Below are positions 18,424 to 27,869 of a stretch of DNA of 64,000 nucleotides, one piece after another. The translations under genes were made by a program, and so were the position numbers. Under the pieces are notes generated by a model. It searched no databases. It was not told where the DNA came from and saw only the letters and a program-made list of their open reading frames with translations. Each line of letters opens with the position of its first letter. Within the stretch, counting starts at the first letter, position 1. This DNA comes from Bacteroidota bacterium (GTDB lineage Bacteria > Bacteroidota > Ignavibacteria > Ignavibacteriales > Ignavibacteriaceae), in the NCBI GenBank assembly GCA_023475265.1, contig JAMCWE010000185.1, forward strand, positions 37,490-101,489, in the 5' to 3' direction.

Positions 18424-18825
18424 ATGAAAAGTGTTCAAATCGTGATAAAGAAATTGTCGTTTATAAATTTACTTTTTGTTATAACATTTGTTTTGATATT
18501 TTCAAGCTGCAAGAATAATAATTACAGTACAAATCCAACTCCCACTTCCGGTTCACCAGTGCAAAATGAAGTATGGATGCAGAATTCTAAATTTAACCCT
18601 GCAAGCTTAACTATTGCCAAAGGAACAAAAATTACCTGGACTAATAAAGACAGTTACGACCACACTGTTACAAGCGGAACGCCAGGCCATCCAACCGGTC
18701 TATTTGACAGCGGAAATGTTGCTTCAGGCGGTACATTTAATTATACTTTCGACAGCACAGGTACATTTCAATACTATTGCCGTATACATGCCGATATAAT
18801 GCAAGGCACGATAGTAGTCAATTAA
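18424..18825 (+). CDS. Cupredoxin (plastocyanin/amicyanin-like type-1 blue copper) lipoprotein
   Basis: Lipobox IFSSC. Candidate copper ligands: His in YDHTVTSG and C-x2-H-x3-M in YYCRIHADIMQG. Typical WTN.D motif. Confidence 0.8.
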   Translation: MKSVQIVIKKLSFINLLFVITFVLIFSSCKNNNYSTNPTPTSGSPVQNEVWMQNSKFNPASLTIAKGTKITWTNKDSYDHTVTSGTPGHPTGLFDSGNVASGGTFNYTFDSTGTFQYYCRIHADIMQGTIVVN

Positions 18826-18889
18826 ATATTTTGTTAAAAATTAAATTGATGATTCTGAAAATTGCTTAATTATTATTTAAGGATAGCTT

Positions 18890-20470
18890 ATGAGTGATAG
18901 AGAGTTTATTGCAGCAAAGATTAATGATTTGAAAAATGGTCAAATGAAATCCGTATCAATAGACGGCAATGAAATTTTATTGTGTAAAATCGAAAATAAA
19001 TTTTTTGCCCTTGGAGCTCACTGCACACATTATGGCGCGCCATTAGTTGATGGTGTTTTAAATGGTGATAGAATTGTTTGTCCATGGCATCATGCATGTT
19101 TTAATGCCAGAACTGGAGATCGATTAGAACCGCCAGCTAATGATTCGCTTCCAAAGTATGAAACCAAAATTGACGGTGACAATTTAATCGTCATGCTTCC
19201 GGAAAAAATAGTTGGCAGCCGACTTCCTAATTTGTCAAAGCGAGGGAAAAATAATCACCAACAATTTGTAATTATTGGAGGAGGCGCTGCAGGTTATTCA
19301 GCAGCACAAACCTTACGCGAAGAAGGATTTTCCGGAAGAATCATTTTAATTACTCAAGAAGATTGTGAACCTTACGATAGGCCAAACTTGAGCAAAGATT
19401 ATTTAGCCGGTGATGCTGAGGGATCATGGATTCCGCTTCGCAGCAATGACTTTTATGATGAGTTAGATATTGAAGTAATGCTAAATAAAAAAGTATTGAA
19501 TATTAATTTTTCGAATAAATCAATTATGCTTTCGGATAATGAAAATATTAAGTACAACAAATTACTTTTAGCAACCGGAGGAGAAGCAAGAAAATTAAAA
19601 ATCCCCGGCGAAGATTTAAAAAATGTTTTTACTTTACGAAGTTTTGAAGATTCAAAAAAGATTATTGAAGCAAGCAAGAGAGCTTCCAAAGCGGTTATTA
19701 TCGGCGCTAGTTTTATTGGAATGGAAACAGCTTACAGTTTGAGAAAAAGAGGTTTGCAAATAACTGTAATATCTCAGGAAGAAATTCCTTTTGAAAAAGT
19801 ATTCGGTAGAGAAGTCGGAAATTTATTTAAGAAGCTTCACGAAGATAACGGCGTAAAATTCAGATTAAGCTTTAGCTTGAAAGAATTTGTCGGGAAAGAA
19901 AAAGTCCAGGCAGTTCTTCTTCAAAATGGAGATAGGATTGAAACTGATTTGGTAGTCTTGGGGGTTGGAGTAAAACCTTCAACAAGTTTTCTGAAAAACT
20001 TAAATCTACTTCCTGATGGCAGCGTTAAGGTTGATGAATATTTTAAAATTCAAGATGATGTATTTGCCGCCGGTGATATTGCAACGTATACTGATTGGCG
20101 AACCGGCGAAGATATGCGGATAGAGCATTGGCGAACCGCGGAACAGCAAGGCAGAATTGCGGCTCTTAATATGCTGGACAAAAAAAATCCGAATAAAATT
20201 GTTCCATTTTTCTGGACTTCTCAGGTTGGTTTGAGTTTAAATTATGTCGGTCATGCTGTTGATTGGCAGGAAATTATTTTCAAAGGCGATATATCATCTC
20301 AAGAATTTATTGCTTTTTATGTAAAGAATAACAAAGTCTATGCTGCCGCAGGAAATTTCCGAGACAAAGATATGGCTGCGATTGAAGAGTTAATGCGATT
20401 GGATAAAATGCCTTCACCGGAAAAGTTAAAATATGATTCAATTGATTTCGTAAAGCTTCTTTCTAAATGA
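18890..20470 (+). CDS. Rieske [2Fe-2S] domain fused to an FAD/NAD(P)H pyridine-nucleotide-disulfide-family reductase (AIF/ferredoxin-reductase-like)
   Basis: Rieske motifs CTHYGAPL and CPWHHACF. Two Rossmann motifs: FVIIGGGAAGYSAA and AVIIGASFIGMETA. AAGDIA motif. Confidence 0.85.
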   Translation: MSDREFIAAKINDLKNGQMKSVSIDGNEILLCKIENKFFALGAHCTHYGAPLVDGVLNGDRIVCPWHHACFNARTGDRLEPPANDSLPKYETKIDGDNLIVMLPEKIVGSRLPNLSKRGKNNHQQFVIIGGGAAGYSAAQTLREEGFSGRIILITQEDCEPYDRPNLSKDYLAGDAEGSWIPLRSNDFYDELDIEVMLNKKVLNINFSNKSIMLSDNENIKYNKLLLATGGEARKLKIPGEDLKNVFTLRSFEDSKKIIEASKRASKAVIIGASFIGMETAYSLRKRGLQITVISQEEIPFEKVFGREVGNLFKKLHEDNGVKFRLSFSLKEFVGKEKVQAVLLQNGDRIETDLVVLGVGVKPSTSFLKNLNLLPDGSVKVDEYFKIQDDVFAAGDIATYTDWRTGEDMRIEHWRTAEQQGRIAALNMLDKKNPNKIVPFFWTSQVGLSLNYVGHAVDWQEIIFKGDISSQEFIAFYVKNNKVYAAAGNFRDKDMAAIEELMRLDKMPSPEKLKYDSIDFVKLLSK

Positions 20471-20648
20471 AACTTCCCTTTTGAAAAGTAATTCATTTTA
20501 GCTATCCTGCTAAAAATCCCATTATGTCCAATTCTTTTATTAAATTATAACCGGAGTTATTTCTTATTGTTTGAAAAAAGATAAAACTTTCCATTCATAT
20601 TGCCTGGAAATATTGTTTACGAAAATCAAAAAGCTTGAGGGAAAATAA

Positions 20649-23447
20649 ATGTATACCGCATTATTATTAGGATTGTTGGGGATTGCTGGTTTCCTTTTTA
20701 TCACCGGTGCTAAAACAAATCAGAAAATAAAAATTTTTTTCGGCTCGATAATCGCAATATTAACTTTATTGTTTTTCTGGTTCATGGATTTTTGGGGTGA
20801 AGCACTCTGGTTTCAAAACCTTGGATACGGAAATCGGTTCTGGACAATTGTTAATTCGAATGCCGGATTAGCTGTTGCAGGCGGTGTTCTGGGATTTATA
20901 ATAATTTATCTTTTGACATTATCAATTTCCAAGGAACACAAAATAATTCTCGCCTCCACAAAAGTAATCGGAGTTCTTATCGGCGGCGCCTGGGGTGCAA
21001 ACAACTGGGATGTTATTTTGAAATTCTGGGAAAGAGTTTCAACCGGAATTACAGATCCTATACTCGGCAAAGATGTAGGATTTTATCTTTTCACTTTACC
21101 TTTTTATGATAACCTTTATGTGCTGTTAATTCTTATTTCTCTTGTTGCGCTAATCGGTTCCTTCTTCGCTTCCTTTCTGCGATTCACCGGGAACAATATA
21201 GTTTTTTATTATCCTAGTGAAGGCGAAGTAAAAATGGAAAGATTTTACTTCCCGCTGTATTTAAATAGTTCCATTTTCATTTTGGTACTTGTTTGGGGGA
21301 AATTTTTAGATCGTTTTCATTTAATGTATTCAACAACCGGGGTTGTCTCCGGGCCAAGTTGGACTGATGTAAATGTTTTACTCCCAGCTTATACTGTTGT
21401 AATTATTTTGATGATAGTCATTGCTTTAGGATTACTAATTCCATCATTAAGAAAAAAGATTCAAAATTTTTATTATAGAAAATTTCACTTTCATCCCGAA
21501 CGATCGCACATTTTAGTTTTAGCCGGAGCTGGAATATCCATAATTGCAATCTGGCTTTTTGCTTTTACTATTATTCCTGGAGTTTTTGAATGGCTTGTTG
21601 TTCAGCCGAACCAAATAACTTTTGAAAGACCATATATTTTAAATAATATAAAATTTACAAGGCTTGGTTTCGGTCTGAATAAAATCGAAGAAAAAGAATA
21701 TCCGATGACTGGCGAATTAACGCCGGAAATAGTAAACAAATATCCAAACATTTTTACAAACATTCGCTTGTGGGATTGGAGAGCTCTGGACGCTGTTTAC
21801 AAGCAATTCCAAGCAATAAGACTTTACTATGAATTTTCTGATGTGGATGTAGATCGTTATCATTTTGATGGTCAATATAAACAGGTGATGGTTTCGGGAA
21901 GAGAAATAAATATTGATAACCTTCCAATTCAGAGTCAAACATTTGTAAATAAGAGATTTCAGTACACTCATGGTTACGGGATTACAATGGCAACTGTGAA
22001 TGAATTTACTCCGCAAGGTTTGCCGCATCTTTTGATCAAAGATATTCCGCCGATTAGTGAATACCCTTCATTAAAAGTTACGCAGCCGCAGATATATTAT
22101 GGAGAATTAACGAACACTCCGGTTGTTGTTAATTCAAAACAAAAAGAATTTGATTATCCCAGCGGTGAAAATAATGTTTATATAAGATATGCCGGAAAGG
22201 GCGGTGTTCGGATTTCAAATTTCTGGAGAAAATTTTTATTCGGCTGGAAATTTGATGGAACTAATTTCTTGTTTTCAGATTATCCTACTGATCAAAGCAG
22301 AATTATGTTTCATCGTCAAATTGAAGAACGAGTTAAGCTTCTTGCGCCGTTCCTTCATTTTGATAAAGACCCGTATATTGTTCTTGCAAACGGAAAATTA
22401 TATTGGATGATTGATGCATATACGACATCAGAATATTATCCATATAGCCAGCCGTCACCCGGAGATAATAATATAAATTATATTCGTAATTCTGTAAAAG
22501 CTGTTGTGGACGCCTACAATGGCTCTGTGAATTTTTATATTATGGATAAAAGCGATCCGATAATTCAAGTATGGGATAAAATTTTCCCGGGATTATTTAA
22601 AACAAAAGATGAAATGCCCAAAGAATTATTAGCTCATATTCGTTATCCAATTGATCTTCTTCATATACAGGGAAGTGTTTATGAAAAATATCATATGACT
22701 GATCCTACGGTATTTTATAACCAGGAAGATTTATGGGTAAGAGCAACCGAAAAATATTACAATCAAGTGCAGCCGGTTGAGCCTTATTACACAATGTGGC
22801 AGAGTCCTGGATCCGACAAACAGCAGTTTGTTTTAATGCTTCCATTCACGCCTAAAAATCGACAGGTGCTTATCGGATGGATGGCTGCAATGTGCGATCC
22901 GGATAATTATGGTAAAGTGCTTGCCTATCAATTTCCAAAAGACAAGACAATACTCGGCCCGCAGCAAGTAGAAACTAAAATTGATCAAGATAGTTATTTA
23001 TCGGGACAACTATCTTTATGGGATCAGCGCGGTTCAAATGTTATAAGAGGAAATGTGCTTGCAATACCGGTGAACAATACTCTCTTTTATGTTGAGCCGA
23101 TTTATCTTCAAGCCGAAACAGCGGCGTATCCGGAGCTTAGACTTGTTGTAGTAATGCACGGCGATAATATGAGTTATGCAAAAACTTTCGAAGATGCGCT
23201 TAACGGATTGTTTACAAAGTCTTCAAACGTTCAAGTGGCATCACAGCAAGTTCAGCAGGTTCAAACTGCACCGAGCATTAATAATTCTATGCAAGAGCAA
23301 GTGCGAATTGCAAATGATGCTTTCAATAATTATTTGAAATTTAGCGGGGATAAAAAATTTACCGAAGCGGCAAAAGAATTGGAAAAGCTTCAGCAAGCTC
23401 TTCAACAGATGTCTGAGAATAAACAAAACACTTCAACTAAGAAATAA
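20649..23447 (+). CDS. UPF0182 family large membrane protein
   Basis: 932-aa ORF. About 7 N-terminal TM helices, then a large soluble region with UPF0182-like motifs (NQITFERPYI.NNI..TR.GF.L, YYEF.DVD.DRY, YTHGYG, LYW.IDAYTTS..YPYS, NFYI.D..DPII..W, YPELRLVVV). Confidence 0.75.
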   Translation: MYTALLLGLLGIAGFLFITGAKTNQKIKIFFGSIIAILTLLFFWFMDFWGEALWFQNLGYGNRFWTIVNSNAGLAVAGGVLGFIIIYLLTLSISKEHKIILASTKVIGVLIGGAWGANNWDVILKFWERVSTGITDPILGKDVGFYLFTLPFYDNLYVLLILISLVALIGSFFASFLRFTGNNIVFYYPSEGEVKMERFYFPLYLNSSIFILVLVWGKFLDRFHLMYSTTGVVSGPSWTDVNVLLPAYTVVIILMIVIALGLLIPSLRKKIQNFYYRKFHFHPERSHILVLAGAGISIIAIWLFAFTIIPGVFEWLVVQPNQITFERPYILNNIKFTRLGFGLNKIEEKEYPMTGELTPEIVNKYPNIFTNIRLWDWRALDAVYKQFQAIRLYYEFSDVDVDRYHFDGQYKQVMVSGREINIDNLPIQSQTFVNKRFQYTHGYGITMATVNEFTPQGLPHLLIKDIPPISEYPSLKVTQPQIYYGELTNTPVVVNSKQKEFDYPSGENNVYIRYAGKGGVRISNFWRKFLFGWKFDGTNFLFSDYPTDQSRIMFHRQIEERVKLLAPFLHFDKDPYIVLANGKLYWMIDAYTTSEYYPYSQPSPGDNNINYIRNSVKAVVDAYNGSVNFYIMDKSDPIIQVWDKIFPGLFKTKDEMPKELLAHIRYPIDLLHIQGSVYEKYHMTDPTVFYNQEDLWVRATEKYYNQVQPVEPYYTMWQSPGSDKQQFVLMLPFTPKNRQVLIGWMAAMCDPDNYGKVLAYQFPKDKTILGPQQVETKIDQDSYLSGQLSLWDQRGSNVIRGNVLAIPVNNTLFYVEPIYLQAETAAYPELRLVVVMHGDNMSYAKTFEDALNGLFTKSSNVQVASQQVQQVQTAPSINNSMQEQVRIANDAFNNYLKFSGDKKFTEAAKELEKLQQALQQMSENKQNTSTKK

Positions 23448-23461
23448 ATATTTGAGATTTT

Positions 23462-23499
23462 AATGCCGAATATATTTTGCTTGTGATGTATTCGGCATT
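23462..23499 (+). terminator. Hairpin terminator after the UPF0182 gene
   Basis: 11-bp stem AATGCCGAATA / TATTCGGCATT with a 16-nt loop, followed by ATTTAATT. Confidence 0.5.
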
Positions 23500-23743
23500 A
23501 TTTAATTGATAAAGTAATAAGTTAAGGTCAAGAATTGATCTTGATTAGGAAACATCAATTAAATTATTTGGTTTGAATTTCATAACAGACAGTTTCCCTA
23601 GCCCGTTTTATCAAGATATTCTTTAATTGTTTTACAATTTATTTTATGCGGATAAATTCTTTAAATAATTTAGATGTCTTTCTTTATTGAACAGAACATC
23701 AAAATTATAAGATAGCCAGAAATTATTTTAAAAAGGATTATTC

Positions 23744-24373
23744 ATGAATAAATCTGAAAAGATAAGCACACTATTTTTAGACATCGGCGGAGTTCTGCTT
23801 ACCAATGGTTGGGACCGTCAGGCTAGGTTAAAAGCAATTGAGGAATTTGATCTTGACGCAGAAGAAGTAAATGAACGCCATCATCTTACCTTTGACACTT
23901 TCGAAATAGGGAAATTAAGTCTGGTAGAATATTTAACCAGGGTAATCTTTTATGAAAAAAGAAAATTCACAATAAATAAATTTACAACTTTTATGTTCGA
24001 ACAATCAAAACCACTTCCTGATATGATTGAATATATTCGTGAACTTAAAAGGAAGTTCAATTTAAAAGTGACCGCTGTTAGTAATGAAGGACGTGAATTA
24101 ACTGAATACAGGATTAAAGAATTTCGATTAAATGAAATCTTCGATGCATTTGTTGCTTCGAGCTTTGTACATTTTAGAAAGCCTGACGTTGATATTTACA
24201 AAATCGCTTTAGATATTTCTCAAGTTTCGTCGGAACAAGTAATGTATATTGATGATAGGCATATGTTTGTTGAAGTAGCTGCATCAATTGGAATCCGCGG
24301 AATTCATCATACCGAATTTAATAAAACACAAAATGAACTATCCAGGTATGGTTTAAGTCTAAACATAAAATAA
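23744..24373 (+). CDS. HAD-superfamily hydrolase (subfamily IA-like)
   Basis: Motif I in FLDIGGVL (DxG variant). Motif II VSNEG. Motif III/IV K...YIDDR. Confidence 0.7.
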   Translation: MNKSEKISTLFLDIGGVLLTNGWDRQARLKAIEEFDLDAEEVNERHHLTFDTFEIGKLSLVEYLTRVIFYEKRKFTINKFTTFMFEQSKPLPDMIEYIRELKRKFNLKVTAVSNEGRELTEYRIKEFRLNEIFDAFVASSFVHFRKPDVDIYKIALDISQVSSEQVMYIDDRHMFVEVAASIGIRGIHHTEFNKTQNELSRYGLSLNIK

Positions 24374-24399
24374 GTTTTCAAATTTGTGGAGAAATAAAA

Positions 24400-25815
24400 A
24401 TGAATAAATCAGAATGCGATATTGGAATGATTGGTCTTGGAGTGATGGGGAGAAATCTGGTTTTAAATTTTGCAGATCATGGATTTTCAGTAGCCGGTTT
24501 CGATAAAGATAAATCAAAAGTAAATGAGCTAAATAAAGAAGCCGAAAATAGAAAAGCATTTGGAGAAGAATCACTTGAGGAATTTATTAAATCATTACGC
24601 AAGCCAAAGGCGATAATGATGTTAGTCCCGGCAGGTGCGCCAGTTGATTCTGTTATTGAAGACGTGCTTCCATATTTAGAGCCCGGTGATCTTATAATTG
24701 ACGGTGGTAATTCACATTTTACAGATACTAATAAACGATTTAAAGAATTGTCAGGGGAAGGAATTCACTTCCTTGGAGTAGGAATTTCCGGCGGTGAAAG
24801 CGGAGCGAGATTTGGACCGAGTATGATGCCTGGCGGACCTAAAGATGCATATGAACGAATAAAACCAATACTCGAAGCTGCGTCAGCAAAATATAATAAT
24901 GAAAATTGTGTTACATATTTAGGACCAGGTTCTGCTGGTCATTATGTTAAAATGGTTCACAACGGAATTGAATATGGATTGATGCAAATAATTTCTGAGT
25001 CTTATGATTTGATGAAGAGAAGCTTGGGATTGAATAACAAACAAATCCATGAAGTTTATAAAAGATGGAATAATGGAAAACTCCAATCTTATCTAATTGA
25101 AATTACAGCAGATATTTTTACACAGAAAGATGAAGATTCTGATTCACAATTAATTGATAAAATTCTTGATGAAGCAAAACAAAAAGGTACAGGTAAATGG
25201 ACTTCGGAAGATGCAATGGAAATGCAAGTTCCGCTGCCAACAATTGATGCTGCCGTTTCGATGAGAGATATGTCAACTTATAAATCCGAACGTGAACAGG
25301 CTGCTAAATTGCTTTATGGACCGGATTCACACATTGAAGTTGATTTTTTACCATTCATTAAACAATTGGAAGATGCTGTTTACTTTGCGATGATAACAAC
25401 GTATGCACAAGGAATGGCAATGCTGGGAACTGCATCAAAGGAATATAATTACAATTTGGATTTTAAAGATGTAGCAAAAATTTGGCGCGGCGGTTGTATA
25501 ATCCGGGCGACTTTACTCGAAGAGATTCGCAAAGCTTATGAAAATGTTCCTGATCTACCTAATCTTTTAGTTGATCCAATTCTATCAAAAGAAATTTTAA
25601 ATTCACAAGATGAAGTTAGGGCGATTATTAAAACTGCTGTAGAATGCGGAATTCCTGTTCCTGGCTTTATGGCATCTTTGGCATATTTTGATTCGTATAG
25701 GAGCGAATGGCTTCCTGCTAATCTTGTTCAAGCACAAAGAGATTATTTTGGTTCTCACACTTATGAAAGAGTTGATGAGAAAGGATTTTTTCACACACAA
25801 TGGAATCATGTATAA
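24400..25815 (+). CDS. gnd: 6-phosphogluconate dehydrogenase, decarboxylating
   Basis: IGMIGLGVMGRNL Rossmann motif. DGGNS. GVGISGGE.GAR.GPS.MPGG. HYVKMVHNGIEYG. C-terminal QRDYFG.H.YER. Confidence 0.9.
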   Translation: MNKSECDIGMIGLGVMGRNLVLNFADHGFSVAGFDKDKSKVNELNKEAENRKAFGEESLEEFIKSLRKPKAIMMLVPAGAPVDSVIEDVLPYLEPGDLIIDGGNSHFTDTNKRFKELSGEGIHFLGVGISGGESGARFGPSMMPGGPKDAYERIKPILEAASAKYNNENCVTYLGPGSAGHYVKMVHNGIEYGLMQIISESYDLMKRSLGLNNKQIHEVYKRWNNGKLQSYLIEITADIFTQKDEDSDSQLIDKILDEAKQKGTGKWTSEDAMEMQVPLPTIDAAVSMRDMSTYKSEREQAAKLLYGPDSHIEVDFLPFIKQLEDAVYFAMITTYAQGMAMLGTASKEYNYNLDFKDVAKIWRGGCIIRATLLEEIRKAYENVPDLPNLLVDPILSKEILNSQDEVRAIIKTAVECGIPVPGFMASLAYFDSYRSEWLPANLVQAQRDYFGSHTYERVDEKGFFHTQWNHV

Positions 25816-25824
25816 GGAGGTAAT

Positions 25825-27342
25825 GTGCAGTCTGCTAGAAAACCGGATGCAACTATTTTAATTATTTTTGGTGCGGGCGGAGATTTAACCTGGAGAAAAA
25901 TTACTCCTGCTTTATATAATTTATTTCTAGATGGTTGGCTGCCGGAAAAATTTGCCATCATTGGATTGGATATAAAAGATTTGTCCGATGATCAATATAG
26001 AGAAAGACTACACGATGGAATTGATCAGTTTTCGCGATCCGGTAAATCTAAATCTGAAGATTGGGAAAAGTTTGCGCCGATGATTAATTATCGCAAAGCG
26101 GATTTTACGAACCAAGAAACTTACAATAATCTCTCGCAGCAAATTTCGATAATTGAAAAAAATTGGGGGGAAAAATCCAACAGAATTTTTTATATGGCAA
26201 TTCCACCAGCTTTTATAGAGCCTATCGCTGAACAGTTAGGTAAATCTGAAATAGCTGAAGACAAAGACCATGCAAGGATTGTTGTAGAAAAACCATTTGG
26301 CCATGATTTGAACAGCGCAAAAAACCTGAATAAAATCTTGTGCAATATTTTTAATGAATGTCAGATTTACCGTATCGATCATTACCTTGGCAAAGAAACA
26401 GTTCAAAATATGATTGCATTCAGATTTGCAAATGCATTGTTTGAACCAATCTGGAATAGGAATTATATTGATCATGTGCAAATTACAGTTGCAGAACAAG
26501 TCGGCGTTGAACATCGCGGCGGTTATTATGACAATGCTGGTGCATTAAGAGATATGATTCAAAACCATCTTTTGCAATTACTTTGTTTAGTCGCAATGGA
26601 ACCGCCGGTTTCTTTTAATGCTGATGAAGTGAGAAATAAAAAAGTTGACGTTCTAAGAGCAATTAGAAAATATAAAAATGAAGAAGTTCACGCCAATGCT
26701 GTCAGAGGACAATACGATAAGGGCTGGATTGAGGGACAAAAAGTAATTGGATACCGCGAAGAACCTGGTGTAAATCGAATTTCAGAAACTGAAACTTTTG
26801 CAGCAATAAAATTATTTATAGATAATTGGCGATGGCAGGATGTTCCTTTTTATCTGCGCAGCGGTAAACGAATGACGGATAAAATTTCTGTAATTACAAT
26901 TCAATTTAGACCGGTTCCTCATCATGCATTTCCAACCGAGTCCTTAGAGAATTGGCAGCCTAATAGATTAATAATTAATATTCAGCCGGAAAAAGAAATT
27001 AGGCTTCGCTTCCAGGCTAAAAAGCCTGGAATTAAAATGATTTTAAATCCGGTTGAAATGACATTTAATTACGACCATGCTTATTCAGCCGATTCTCCGG
27101 AAGCTTATGAAACTTTAATTCTAGACGTCATGCTTGGTGACGCAACTTTGTTTATGCGTGGCGATCAAGTTGAATCAGCCTGGGAAATCATTATGCCAAT
27201 TTTAGATAAATGGCAGTCAACTTCGTCGATTGATTTTCCCAATTATGCATCCGGTTCCTGGGGACCGGAGGAAGCAGAAGCTTTAATCGCAAGAGATGGA
27301 CATAACTGGATCATGATTCCAGCAAAAACTTTGGAAAATTAA
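25825..27342 (+). CDS. zwf: Glucose-6-phosphate 1-dehydrogenase (copy 2, GTG start)
   Basis: [46 protein letters not shown]. Starts 10 nt after the gnd stop, with AGGAGG upstream. Confidence 0.9.
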   Translation: MQSARKPDATILIIFGAGGDLTWRKITPALYNLFLDGWLPEKFAIIGLDIKDLSDDQYRERLHDGIDQFSRSGKSKSEDWEKFAPMINYRKADFTNQETYNNLSQQISIIEKNWGEKSNRIFYMAIPPAFIEPIAEQLGKSEIAEDKDHARIVVEKPFGHDLNSAKNLNKILCNIFNECQIYRIDHYLGKETVQNMIAFRFANALFEPIWNRNYIDHVQITVAEQVGVEHRGGYYDNAGALRDMIQNHLLQLLCLVAMEPPVSFNADEVRNKKVDVLRAIRKYKNEEVHANAVRGQYDKGWIEGQKVIGYREEPGVNRISETETFAAIKLFIDNWRWQDVPFYLRSGKRMTDKISVITIQFRPVPHHAFPTESLENWQPNRLIINIQPEKEIRLRFQAKKPGIKMILNPVEMTFNYDHAYSADSPEAYETLILDVMLGDATLFMRGDQVESAWEIIMPILDKWQSTSSIDFPNYASGSWGPEEAEALIARDGHNWIMIPAKTLEN

Positions 27343-27429
27343 AAAGGAATAAATCTAATTGTTTTAATAGCAAAATTGAATTTGAGAAATTATTCGATAA
27401 AAAATTTTAAATAAATAAAAGGTGCGATA

Positions 27430-27867
27430 ATGAAAACAGTTCGAACAATTTTGCAAAATAAAGGTAAAGATATTTGGCACATATCACCAGAAGCCTCTGT
27501 TTATGAAGCTCTTCAGCTGATGGCAAAAAAAGAAATTGGAGCAGTATTAGTAATTAAGGATGAAATTATAGTCGGGATTATGTCCGAACGTGATTATGCA
27601 AGAAAAGTAATTCTGAAGGGCAAATATTCTAAAGAAATTATGGTTAAGGAAATCATGTCCACAAAAGTAATTTATGTGAATACAACTTTAAGCGTTGAAG
27701 AATGTATGGCCTTGATGATAAATAAAAGAATAAGGCATTTACCTGTAATTGAAAATGGGAAGCTTGTTGGAATAATATCAATCGGCGATGTTGTTAAAGC
27801 TGTAATAGAAGACAAAGAATTTTTGATTGAGCAGCTAGTTCATTATATAACGGGAGTTCCGAGCTGA
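27430..27867 (+). CDS. CBS-pair domain protein
   Basis: 145-aa ORF with two CBS repeats (GAVLVIKD..IVGIMSERD and IRHLPVIENGKLVGIISIGD). Confidence 0.85.
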   Translation: MKTVRTILQNKGKDIWHISPEASVYEALQLMAKKEIGAVLVIKDEIIVGIMSERDYARKVILKGKYSKEIMVKEIMSTKVIYVNTTLSVEECMALMINKRIRHLPVIENGKLVGIISIGDVVKAVIEDKEFLIEQLVHYITGVPS

Positions 27868-27869
27868 TC

